From NCBI RefSeq assembly GCF_006345805.1, contig NW_021832396.1, forward strand, positions 1 to 64,000: a DNA stretch of 64,000 bases, read 5' to 3'. A program made the position numbers and the translations under genes. This DNA is from Octopus sinensis (Eukaryota). Position 1 is the stretch's first letter. The number at the start of each line of letters is the position of its first letter. Positions 13,021 to 24,694 of this stretch are shown in pieces. The notes under the pieces were generated by a model. That model was not told the origin of the DNA and searched no databases. It worked only from the letters and a program-made list of their open reading frames with translations.

Positions 13021-13612
13021 TAACTGATAACCTAACGACAGTTCACATTAAAAATATTTATACATTCTGAGGGAAACGCTTCCTTTTCATTACTTTTCTA
13101 AGAATTGTATATATAAAAAAGAGTAAAGAGTATATATATATATGGGTTAGGCAGACACGAGAAGAAAGTAATCTCCTCCCTCCCTTCCTCTTATTAGTTA
13201 CCATTCCTCTACCACCATTTTCCAATTCACTTTCACTTTCTTTCTGAACCATCTTCGTAATAGAAAGCCGTCGTGTTAGGATCTATGGACCCACAAGATT
13301 ACAATTCTAGGGAAACGGAGCTAAAGAAATTAAAAGGTAAGACAATTCGGTATACCTCCACATGTACGCCCCACCCCCAGCGCATCTGAATTTTCGAAAC
13401 TCCTCTTCCTAATCACAGAAAATAATAATTCTGATATAATCAAAGTTCTTTTTGTCATATTCGTTTTCTATGCAGCCGTTAAAAAGAGCGGTCGCAGTGC
13501 GCGCACTCGCGCATATGCTTTAATAGTCGTGACTTGTCGATCCTAGCGCGAGTGCGCGTACACGCTTTTACATGCTTCAGTCATTTGACTGTGGCCATGC
13601 TGGAGCACCACC

Positions 13613-13876
13613 GGATCTTTTCCTTCTGAACGGCACATGTCAACACAATTTCTAGTTAACTAAACACTTTAAAACTTCGTATAATGGTAGAATGTGTCAA
13701 AATAAAACAGTTTTTCTCTTGGCTTTCTTGAGAAAATTGTAATTTGTAAGTTTAACGTAGTTTAATTCTTTGAATTTTAACCAATCCTACGGCTTCTATT
13801 GAGCTAAAATCAATTTTAAAAGTGTTTAGTTAACAAGAAATTGCGTTGAAAACTGCCGTTCAGAAAGAAAAGTTCC
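13613..13876. mobile_element. MITE with GGATCTTTTC...GAAAAG(T)TCC terminal inverted repeats, inserted into a CORE-type SINE
   Basis: TIRs at both ends. The flanks are GCACCACC and TCACCACC (7-8-bp TSD). The host SINE resumes after the element. Confidence 0.8.
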
Positions 13877-14026
13877 TCACCACCTTTAGTCAAGCAAATC
13901 GACCCTAGGATTTATTCTTTGGAAGACTATTAATTAATCTATCGGTCTCTTTTGATGAACCGCTAAGTTACAGGGACGTAAACACATCACCATCGGTTGT
14001 CAAGAAAGGCCCCCCCCCACACACAC

Positions 14027-14074
<48 letters not shown>

Positions 14075-14175
14075 CGGGAAGCTTTATGAAAATAAACAAA
14101 AGACGAAGGCAGGTGGAAAACAAACGAACAATTGTATTAGTATGGCACTCAGGATATATATATATACATATATAC

Positions 14176-14435
14176 ATCGCTTCGATTTACCCACCTGTTA
14201 CACCAACACTTCCGCCCCTGAACCCTAACTCTATAAACTAGTGCAAGCCCTGGTTTTTTCCCCTACTCGATTTTTCAATTCCTGCCGATAGAACACGGAT
14301 CTCAGAAGATGCCGAGATAAGGAAAATTTTGACTTCACAACCTCGTTCATGTTCTCCATGTTTAATGCGTAGATCGTAACCCTAATGCCACCCCCATTCG
14401 TTCTCTATAATTATTATTATTATTATTTTTAAAAA

Positions 14436-14480
<45 letters not shown>

Positions 14481-15532
14481 GTTTGACTTTTGCTTTATAT
14501 TTATACATGTTGGCCCCAAGTCTCACCCGGAGACCTCAAGAGACAACAGGTTGGAAGTTCACGTTGTTGTTATGCCTAGTGTGCCATATATTTGGTTGTT
14601 TTTTGTGTTGTACTGGTAGATGTCTAAAAAAAAATGTTTGCTTTAATCCTTGCAATTACATAGAAAGTATTTTGCGTAGGATATGAGCAGTTCCCATGAG
14701 CACTATCTTTTGAATTTCTGCCATTTTTGGGTTTCCTGGTATATTAGCTTATTATTATTGTTATTATTATTATTATCATTATTATTATTATTATTATTAT
14801 AATCATCTTTATCATTATTATTATTATATTATCTATCTCATTCTCTATCACGTAAGCATAGCACCGATAGCTTTGTCTTCCTGCTTGCCTTAAGATCATG
14901 CTTATCTGTTAAATCAAAATGTCTCATTTATTTATCCTTCCTAACCAAGGTTATCATTTCGTTCATCCATTCTCTTTAATTTCTCTAGCCATAATATACA
15001 AGGGCAGAAGACGATGCTCTAGTCTAAACTCGCCCAAACTCCCTAAGAATTTCTCTCTCGCTCGTATTTACTGCCTGACTACCCAGCTCTGACCTCGCTC
15101 TCTCCGTCTCATTGTCTCCTCCAATTTACCACTGCTGTTTCTTTAAATTATGTTTCCCAAAATCTGAAAATATTTTTCGATTCTATCTCAGGATTTCGGC
15201 ATTTGATGTTCCGTTAATTTATCTCACCGAGTACCCCTAAGAATTTCTTCCTTCTCCCTCGTGGTGTATTTACTGCTTGTCCCCTCTCTTTCTCTCTCTC
15301 GCTTCGATTTACCCACCTGTTACACGAACACTTCCCCCCTTTAACCTTAACTCTATAAACTAGTGCAAGCCCTGGTTTTTTCCCCTACTCGATTTTTCAA
15401 TTCCTGCCGATAGAACACGGATCTCAGAAGATGCCGAGAAATGGAAAATTTTGACTTCACAACCTCGTTCATGTTCTCCATGTTTAATGCGTAGATCGTA
15501 ACCCTAATGCCACTCCTCCTTCGTTCTCTATA

Positions 15533-15564
<32 letters not shown>

Positions 15565-16010
15565 GATTATTATTATTATTATCATTATTATTATTATTAT
15601 CATTATTATTATTATTATTATTATAATCATCTTTATCATTATTATTATTATATTATCTATCTCATTCTCTATCACGTAAACATAGCACCGATAGCTTCGT
15701 CTTCCTGCTTGTCTTAAGATCATGCATATCTGTTAAATCAAAATGTCTCATTCATTCATTTCTTTATTTATTTATCCTTCCTAACCAAGATATTTATAGA
15801 AAATTTCATTACAAAATATCCATTCTATGATGTTATTCAAGTGTTTAAGTCTTCACTGATAATGGGGGGAAACATTAGGCCAAGTGTTCAAGTACTCTGT
15901 TTGAACTGATTTTTCAATTCCTGCCGATAGAACACGGATCTCAGAAGATGCCGAGAAATGGAAAATTTTGACATATTTAATGCGTAGATCGTAACCCTAA
16001 TGCCCTCCCC
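14176..16010. repeat. Local duplication, period ~1.1 kb (14176-14990 vs ~15300-15790), with a third partial copy at ~15905-16010
   Basis: CGCTTCGATTTACCCACCTGTTACAC...GTAGATCGTAACCCTAATGCC and the downstream TATCTATCTCATTCTCTATCACGT blocks recur. Confidence 0.8.
14480..14752 (-). mobile_element. 5'-truncated R4/Dong-like retrotransposon 3' end (second family) between (ATT)n tracts
   Basis: Minus strand encodes NIPGNPKMAEIQKIVLMGTAHILRKILSM*, homologous to the C-terminus of the 16.3-19.6 kb element. Confidence 0.75.
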
Positions 16011-16268
16011 CTTCGTTTTTTTTTTCTTTTTTTTTTGTACTTGTTTCAGTCATTTGACTGCGGCCATGCTGGAGCACCGCCTTTTAGAGTACAGCAGGGA
16101 TCACCACCTCCTGCCGGAGCCTCGTCGAGCTTTTAGGCGTTTTCGCTCAATAAACACACACAACGCCTGGTCTGGGAATCGAAACCGCGATCCTCCGACC
16201 GCAAGTTCGCTGCCCTAACCACTAGGCCATTGCGCCATTCTCTATTATTATTATTATTATTATTATTA

Positions 16269-16324
<56 letters not shown>

Positions 16325-16326
<2 letters not shown>

Positions 16327-19300
16327 TAGTTTTATTTTTATATCGTGCTTTCACTTCACTACCGAGCGCAGCTCTGTGTGCCTTGGGTATGTGCTGTGAT
16401 TTGTTGTGATGCTCTGATGGTTATTGTATGGAAAGTGTTCTGCATAGGATGTGTGCAGTGCCTAGTAGTGAAATTTTCTGTATGTTATATGTGTTTGTAA
16501 GTCCTGGTGTTTTTGTTATGTATTTGTCTGAATATTTTTTTATCATGCCTAATGCACCTACTATGATAGGAATTGTTTCTGTTTTTAAATTCCACATTCT
16601 GGTTACTTCTATTTCCAGGTCTTTGTATTTTGAAAGTTTCGCCATTTCTTTTAGAGACACGTTGTCATCTGCCGGTATTGATACATCAATTAGAAAGCAT
16701 TTTTTTTACTTCATGATTTCTAACAACTATATCTGGTCTGTTGGCCTTAATTTCTCTATCTGTGTGTATCGGCATATCCCAAAGTATGGTTGCTTTTTCG
16801 TTTTCTGTGACATTTTCTGGTGTGTGCCTATACCATCTTTTTTCTGTTGTTATTCCATAATGTTGGCGTAGCTTCCAGTGTATGTAGGTTCCAACTCTGT
16901 CATGTCTGTGAATATATTCCTTCTTAGCCAGGACTGGGCAGCCAGAGATAATATGATTTAATGTTTCTTGTCCATCTCCACATATTCTGCAGTTACTTGT
17001 TATATTTCTTTTCATTACATGTTTTTGGTAATTTCTGGTGAGGAGGCTTTGGTCTTGTGCTGCAATTAAAAATCCCTCTGTCCCTGCTTTGAGTTCTGAG
17101 CTTCTCAACCATTGCTGGGATTTTTCTTTGTCTATTTCTTTTGCGTTTAGTTTAGTCCAGTATTTACCATGAAGGGGCTTTTCTTGCCATCGTTTTATAA
17201 TGGTTCGTTGCTGTTCTATTTTTAGTTTGGATTTCATTTGTTTTATAGCTTTTGCTGTTTCTTCATCTTCTTCTTCATATTTATTAGGTGGTATGATTTC
17301 TTCTTTGTATTTGTCAGCTTCCTTAAATACTGAGAACAGTTTTTTTGTTTTGCTCGTGTTTTGCCGCTATTTATATCAGTTTTCCTTACTTCTGAAGTAG
17401 ATATTTTTGCAGTCCTATGGTGGTTATTTTATAGTAGTTTTCCAGCTGCATAAGGCCTCTACCACCTTCTATACGTTGTATATATAGTCTTTTATGTCAG
17501 ATTTTGGGTGATGCATCCTAGATCCTGTCATTATTTTTCTTGTTTTCCTATCTATTTTGGTCAGTTCATTTAGTGTCAAGTTAAGGATATTGTAGCTGTA
17601 ACTTATAACTGGGACAGCTAAAGTGTTGATACCTATTAACTTGTTTTTAGCATTGAGCTCTGTTTTTAGTATTGATCTAACTCGTCTATAATATTCTTTT
17701 TTTAAATTTTCTCTTTCATTTGTGTGTGTTGTATCTCATCTAGTTCATGGATTCCTAAGTATTTGTAAGTTTGGCTTTGGTCTAATTCTTTTATTTCATT
17801 GGTTTTATCTAGTGTGGTGTTGCTACTCTTAACTAGTTTTCCTCTTTTCATGGTTACTTTGGCGCATTTTTCTAATCCAAATTTCATATCTATTTCTTTG
17901 GTAAATCCATGAACTGTCTTTAATAGCGTTTCCAGCAGTTTGTCATTTGCAGCGTATAGTTTTAGGTCATCCATATATAAAAGGTGGCGAGCTGGCAGAC
18001 TCGTTAGCATGCCGGGCGAAATGCGTAGCCGTATTTCGTCTGCCGTTACGTTCTGAGTTCAAATTCCGCCGAGGTCGACTTTGCCTTTCATCCTTTCGGG
18101 GTCGATAAATTAAGTACCAGTTACGCCCTGGAGTCGATGTAATCGACATAATCCGTTTGTCCCTTCTGTGTTTAGTCCCTTGTGGACAGTAGTGAAATAC
18201 ATATATAAAAGTTGGTTGATCGTTTTGCCGTAACATTTATATCCACATCTAGTTCTATTTAGCATATCAGATAGAGGTGACAGTGCCAAGCAGAAAAGGA
18301 ATGGAGAGAGTATGTCTCCCTGGAATATTCCTCTTCTAATGGGGATGGCTTTGGTTTTCATGAGTCCCTCTTTTGTTTGGAGCTGTAACACTGTTTGCCA
18401 TTTATTCATAGAGTGCCCTATGAATTTTATAATTGTTGGTGCTACTTTGTTAATGGCTAGTGTTTCGAGGATCCATGTGTGGGGGATGCTATCAAACGCC
18501 TTTTTGTAGTCGATCCAGGCCATACTGAGGCCTTTCTTCTTTCTGTGGCTGTCTTCAGTTATGGCTTTATTAATCATTAGTTGATCTTTACAGCCATATG
18601 AGCCCTTGCGGCATCCTTTCTGCTCTTCTGGAAACAGGTTGTTTTCGTCCAGGTGCTTGTTCAATCTTTGCGATATTACTGCAGTAAATGCTTTGTACAT
18701 TGTAGGGGGACAGGTTATAGGTCTGTAGTTTTCTGGTTTTGCTGTCTCATTTGATTAAGGAATTAAAATGGTTTTCCCCTTTGTGGGCCATTCAGGCATT
18801 GTCTCTGGCTCTGCTAGCATGCTGTTAAAGTTTTCAGCCAGCTTTTTGTGCATTCCTGTTAGATATTTCAACCAGAAGCTGGGGATCTTGTCATGCCCAG
18901 GTGCCTCCCAGTTGCTTAGTCTTTGCAGTGCCTGGGTGACCTCTTCAGTTGTTATGGGGGTCCAAAGTTGCTCAGATGCTGAGTTTGTTGTTTTAATACT
19001 CCTTTTTTTTGGTTGTTCGTTCGCCGACCATATTTCTCTCCAGAATTCTTCCACTTCTTCTGCCGTTGGTGCTGCAGTGATTTCTATTTTATTTTTGCCA
19101 AGTTCTTGGGAGAACATTTTGGGGTTGGAGTTGAACTGTTTGTTTTGTTCAAAGAAACGTTGGCGTTTCTCGTACCGGCGGATCCTTTGTGCTTTGGCAA
19201 GAATATCTTGCTTTAGTTTTTCTTTTATCTCAGGTAAATCTTTTTCTGTGGTGTTGTATTTGCGGAGTATTTTTGTTTTCTTTTTGTTGCTCAGTAGCGT

Positions 19301-19609
19301 TGATTGTCTACTGATTTCATTAAGAATCGACAGATCTTTTCTCATTTTTTGTATTTTGTTTTGGATGTTATTTATCCACGGGGTTTGTTTGGGTGGTGGT
19401 ACTCCTGTTTGGATGGGTTTGAGTGAGTATCCAGCTTCTTTGGTGGCTGCAGTGGCTGCTGCGTATACTAAGTCATTTAGCTCAGTGATATCGCTTTTTG
19501 TTTCAGTGGCTATTAGTTCCGTGACGGCTAGGTTTATGTTGTTTATAATTGATGTTGTTGTTTTGTCTATTTTGATTTTTGGGAGGTATGGTCGGTGGTC
19601 CATTTTTTA

Positions 19610-19610
<1 letters not shown>
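16325..19610 (-). mobile_element. R4/Dong-clade non-LTR retrotransposon (RT + CCHC zinc finger + PD-(D/E)xK restriction-like endonuclease), inactivated, inserted in (AAT)n
   Basis: Motifs: YRPITC, EEQKGC, WIDYKKAFDS, GIFQGDILSP, LYMDDLKL, YKYLG, GGRGL, CRICG..ETLNHIISGC, RPDIVV, KLSKYKDL, HILCRTLS. It carries in-frame stops, frameshifts and a SINE insertion. (ATT)n flanks lie at 16243-16323 and 19610-19735. Confidence 0.92.
17984..18199 (+). mobile_element. tRNA-head Nin/Deu-domain-like SINE inserted into the YMDD codons of the R4 reverse transcriptase
   Basis: 12-bp TSD CATATATAAAAG at 17972-17983 and 18200-18211. B-box GAGTTCAAATTCC and GCCTTTCATCCTTTCGGGGTCGATAA domain are present. Confidence 0.9.
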
Positions 19611-19653
<43 letters not shown>

Positions 19654-19697
19654 CATCATTATCATTATTATTATCATTATTATTATTAATATTATTT

Positions 19698-19735
<38 letters not shown>

Positions 19736-19744
19736 TACCACAGC

Positions 19745-20385
19745 AAATCTCTTATATTTATTTCTTTACTACCCACAAGGGGCTAAACATAGAGAGGACA
19801 AACAAGGACAGGCAAAGGGATTAAGTCGATAACACCGACCCCAGTGCATAACTGGTACTTAATTTATCGACCCCGAAAGGATGAAAGACAAATTTGAACT
19901 TAGAACGTAATGGCAGACGAAATACCTGTTTCTTTACTGCCCATAAGGGGCTACACACAGAGGGACAAACAAGGACAGACAAACGGATTAAGTCGATTAT
20001 ATCGACCCCAGTGCGTAACTGGTACTTATTTTATCGATCCCGAAAGGATGAAAGGCAAAGCCGACTTCAGCGGAATTTGAGCTCAGAACGTAGACTTTTT
20101 CCATGTATGAAGGAAATGGATTAAATGTAAAATATTAATGAAATATAATAATAATGAAATAAAAGGTGGCAAGCTGGCAGAAACGTTAGCACGCCCGGCG
20201 AAATGCTTAGAATTTCACCTGCCGTTACGTTCTGAGTTCAAATTCCCCCAAGGTCGACTTTGCCTTTCATCCTTTCGGGGTCAATTAAATAAGTACCATT
20301 TACGCACTGGGATCGATGTAATCGACTTAATCTCTTTGTTTGTCCCCTCTATGTTTAGCCCCCTGTGAGCAATAAAGAAATAAAT
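19745..20385. mobile_element. Cluster of Nin-like SINE copies (two on -, one on +); other copies at ~33080-33430 (-) and ~61000-61385 (+, tandem pair)
   Basis: Same diagnostic motifs as 17984-18199. Confidence 0.85.
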
Positions 20386-20576
20386 ATTAACGAAATATCT
20401 TTTTCCTACCTCTTAAAATCATATATGATAATACCGAATAGATTTTCCTGGCTTGCCAGTCCTCAGTCAAACCGCCCAACCCATGCCAGCATGGGAAGCA
20501 GACGTTAAACGATGATGATGATGATATATATAATTATAATAGATTGTTACCCATTCGATTTTTAGGTAAACTTTGT

Positions 20577-20619
<43 letters not shown>

Positions 20620-21039
20620 TCTCTCTCTCTCTCGCCCAACACAAATATGAAACATTCTGGTGCCAAAAGTAGATTTCCTTTTTTGCGATTTTTGGCGACG
20701 ATACTTGTGGGGAGAGAGAGAGTAAGTGTCAAAAAATAGTGCAATGAGTGTAAAAAAATGTGTAGGAAACGAATATGAAGAAAAATACGCGTAAAGCAAC
20801 GGGAGGATGAGGAGAGGACCTCGGAAAATTCACAAGATCCGAGTTTTTCCCTTGTAACTTTTAGGAAAATGGGGTTTTTTTTCAATGAAATTTTATATAA
20901 TTACCTTTCAAACGGCATACATTACGATTATAAAGTAATTTGTAGGGAGAAGACTTTTGGAAAATTCCCAAGAATTCCAAAGAATTTGAATTCAGAACAT
21001 AAAGACTTTTGAAATACCCCTAAGCATTTTGTCTGGTAT

Positions 21040-21690
21040 TCTACCCGACTGGCCTCGTGCCGGTGGCATGTAAAAAGCACCATCCAATTGTGGCCGTTTG
21101 TCAGCCTCGTCTGGCACCTGTGCCAGTGGCACGTAAAAAGCACTATCTGATCGTGGCCGTTTGCCAGCCCCATCTGGCCCCTGTGCCGGTGGCACGTCAA
21201 AAAAACCATCCGATCGTGGCCGTTTGCCAGCCTCGTCTGGCACCTGTGCTGGTGGCACGTAAAAAGCACCATCCGATCATGGCCGTATGCCAGCCTCGTC
21301 TGGCACCTGTGCTGGTGGCACGTAAAAAGCACCATCCGATCGTGGCCGTTTGCCACCCTCGTCTGGCACCTGTGCTGGTGGCACGTAGAAAGAACCATCC
21401 GATTGTGGCCGTTTTCCAGCCTCATCTGGCACCTGTGCTGGTGGCACGTAAAAAGAACCATCCGATCATGGCCGTTGCCAGTCTCGTCTGGCCCCTGTGC
21501 CGGTGGCACGTAAAAAGCACCCACTACACTCACGGAGTGGTTGGCGTTAGGAAGGGCATCCAGCTGTAGAAACATTGCCAGATCAGACTGGCCTTGGTGC
21601 AGCCTTCTGGCTTCCCAGACCCCAGTTGAACCGTCCAACCCATGCTAGCATGGAAAGCAGACGCTAAATGATGATGATGATGATGATGAA
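21040..21690 (+). mobile_element. Meta-domain-like SINE with (GAT)n tail, carrying a ~7-8 x 63-bp internal minisatellite (other copies at ~32175-32570 +, ~50620-50910 +, ~54460-54700 -)
   Basis: GGAGTGGTTGGCGTTAGGAAGGGCATCCAGCTGTAG domain and CCATGCTAGCATGGAAAGC..GATGATGA tail. The unit GGCACGTAAAAAGCACCATCCG... recurs at 21254 and 21317. Confidence 0.8.
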
Positions 21691-21763
21691 GACATTTAAA
21701 GTTTTTCATATCAGTCATGCTCCAGCAGTCAGTTTTCATGCTCTAAAAATTATTTTTCAGACC

Positions 21764-21809
21764 ATGGGCCGTCTAATGTTCTCCTGTCTGATGATTGTAT
21801 TCTGTTTTT
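21764..21809 (+). CDS. Ig-like receptor exon 1 (coding): signal peptide MGRLMFSCLMIVFCF(Y)
   Basis: The start lies in ACCATGG context just after a TTTTTCAG acceptor (21760). It encodes a hydrophobic core and ends at a phase-1 GTAAGT donor (21810). Confidence 0.75.
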
Positions 21810-22592
21810 GTAAGTTTTATTTTGTTTTTGTTTAAGTTTTTGTTTTTTAAATCCTTTTTCCTTAACATTTAGTTTTCTAAAAATAATTGTTTCAAATATC
21901 ATTTACATTAACTTGGAGAATAATTTTTTTTTCTGCCAGTTTTTAATGTTTGTTTTTACAAATATGTTGTATTATTTATTTGGTTTTAGTCAATATAGTT
22001 ACAATCATTTTACAACAGTTCTTGTATCATCATCAAATTTTTTTTTTTTTGTTTTTTGACATCTGATCCATTTTCACATGGCGTACGTCTCAGCAAGACA
22101 ATTTACGAAATGTCTAAGTGGTACATCCCGAATGTTTTTAAAAATTGTATTGATTCATTTTTCACAATAAAAATATTTCAAAAACAAAAAATGTTTGCTG
22201 AAGTTTTTGAAGATGATCCAAAAAATATGATGTATGCATATCAGGAGTATTTGACAGTCCCAAAACACTTAGGAAGCAATGGGTTCTGACAACCAGGATT
22301 TTGTTAGAGGTTGGTTATGTCAGTGCATGACCAACCAATCGGATTTCTGAGTGAGAGGCTGGATCTGACCAGTTAGGACATAAAAACGTGAAACATTTTG
22401 GCCCGATATGGCCAGTTTAAATGCTAAAAGGTTAATGTTTTAACTGAGAACCACATTTTCAATGCCTTCTCTCAAACTACCATTGTATATAATGAGTAAT
22501 TAGATCTACTAGGGTTAATTATCATTTAATCATTATAACACAAATAGTAAACAATCCTGTTGATCAAAAATATTTCTTTTCCTCTTTTACAG

Positions 22593-22631
22593 ATTTCACG
22601 AGAGCAGGAATTTATAAAATTATTCAAAGTG
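22593..22631 (+). CDS. Ig-like receptor exon 2: (Y)FTRAGIYKIIQS(E), the end of the signal peptide and the start of domain 1
   Basis: Pyrimidine tract + TACAG acceptor and G|GTAAAT donor; 39 nt, phase 1-1. Paralogous to 26298-26354. Confidence 0.75.
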
Positions 22632-23303
22632 GTAAATGGATTTACAAACCTTTTTCTCCCTTGAAACTAAAGTCTTTTCAAATCTGTCTTCTATCTCTTT
22701 CTCTTAACTCAGAAGATTTAGTCACTGTTTGGGGTGTCTTTTTATTTTTTGCTTTTTAAAAAAATTCTTGGGCAGTTCACTAACACAACTCAGTCACTGA
22801 TATTGTTCTTTAGATAAAGCTACAGCTTTGAATCTGCCCATGGTTATCTCCCTTTGGCATTTCCCATTGATGAAGGTTAAAGAGCAAGAAACACGCATTG
22901 GGGAGTCCACTGAGGAGTGGTTTACATCTCAGGTTGAGATGGCTGTTGGGGGTCCGTATAAGATTTTGTTGCTAAAATTTATGTACAATTAATTGGTTTT
23001 AGCTTTACAGTACACCAAATTTTTAATTAATTTTTTAAATACAGTTCCTAATAATATTTAATTATAAAAATAGGATTTTTTAAAACATGAAATGTTTATA
23101 AGGGCCCACCGAGCAAAACAGGAATCAAAAGGGACCATAGGTGAAGAATGGTTGAAAATCATTGTGTTATAGGTAAGCACTGGGCAGATATGGTGTTTTC
23201 ACACCTTTTACCATCAGTGAGAAATCCTTCTCTTTGGTAAATGCAGTAAATTTGCCTTTAGAAGTTAAAATATGTCACAAACATATTTTAACTAAGGAGC
23301 ACA

Positions 23304-23340
<37 letters not shown>

Positions 23341-24694
23341 GTCATCATCATGAAATGTCCATGGATTGAGCTGTTCAATAGGATCCAGCAAGCCACAGGA
23401 TTGTGTTGAGCTCCAATCCCTGAATAGGCAGGGCTTATATTGTTTGATGACCCACCTAACACCGACCACTTTACAGAGTGTAGTGGCTGCCCCTTTTCAT
23501 TGCACCACCATTCATTTGGTTACTGTTATAGCTGGGATTATGATAGCCATTCTAAATAGGATTGCGGTTATCATGTCTATCATCATAATTTGATGTCCAC
23601 GGCCCCTTTTTAATGTCAATCATTTTACAGAGTAATTGAGCCTTTTTTTAACATGCAGTACCAAATAACTGGAAAGACAGAGGGAAAAGAAGAAAAAACC
23701 CTTGACTGGGGAGTGTTGCGGAGATGGATGTGGCTTTACACAATGTGTTGAGAGGTTGAAGTATGATAGAAGGACAGGAACATGTGTCTTACTGTAGAGA
23801 GTATATATGGTGATACTGCATTATATAAGGCAGGGCATGAGTAAATGGATAGATATGTGATTTATTCAGACATACACCCATGTCTGACGAACACACTGAA
23901 TATTTTTTTTAACCCCTTAATATAGGGTTTGGACGTAGAGAAGTTTCTCCATTTCATATTGAAATTGGTCCCTTAATCTTTAAGTTTCCAGATTAAAGCC
24001 AAAAGGGTTCTTGTCATGGTATCTATTAAAACACTTGAGAACCTCCAATGAATACATAAATTCAAGGAATGAGATTTTTTTACTGTATGTCCGCATCTCA
24101 GAAAATACATGTTGTCAGAATTTAAAAGGATACTACCAGACACTTAGTTAAGCATTAACATCTGGTTTACATCTGGTTTACATCTGCTTGCCATAGAATT
24201 ATTGTAATGTGGGTTATCTCCCTTGCTGCCTTAACATATACATACATAACAACATACATAGAAATAAGAGCTAAAGTGCTCTGGTGCTGCAGTCAATGCA
24301 CACGCTTGCATACATACATACTGGCAGCAACTGCAAATGGGTGAAGGTGGCAGTCGTGGTATGCCTGGACCGTCGACAGTTTGGGTTTTAACACAGAAGC
24401 CTCATCACCGACCCTGTTGTTGAGTGCTTATTTTAAGCATGGTACTTATTCTGTTGGTCGTTTTTGCTGAACTGCTAAGTTATAGGGATGTGAACACACC
24501 AACGCTGGTTGTAAAAACAGTGGTGGGGGAAAACACTGACACACACACACACACATGATGGACTTCTTATAGTTTCCGTCTACCAAATCCACCAGGTTTT
24601 GGTTGGCCCCAAGGTTATTGTAGAAGCTTACCCAGACTGAACCCAGAACCATGTGGTAGGGCAGTAATCTTCTTACTTGATTTCTTTATTTCAG

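Noticed and set aside
18768-19610. 280-aa + strand ORF
   Set aside because: It is the antisense shadow of the R4 retrotransposon ORF.
20928-21638. 236-aa and 170-aa Cys/His-rich repeat ORFs
   Set aside because: These are the 63-bp minisatellite inside a SINE, not zinc fingers.
23165-23180. Conserved TTATAG|GTAAGC in both Ig-module introns (also ~26880) as an extra exon donor
   Set aside because: No matching acceptor with an open, phase-compatible frame was found, and the conservation is explained by recent duplication.
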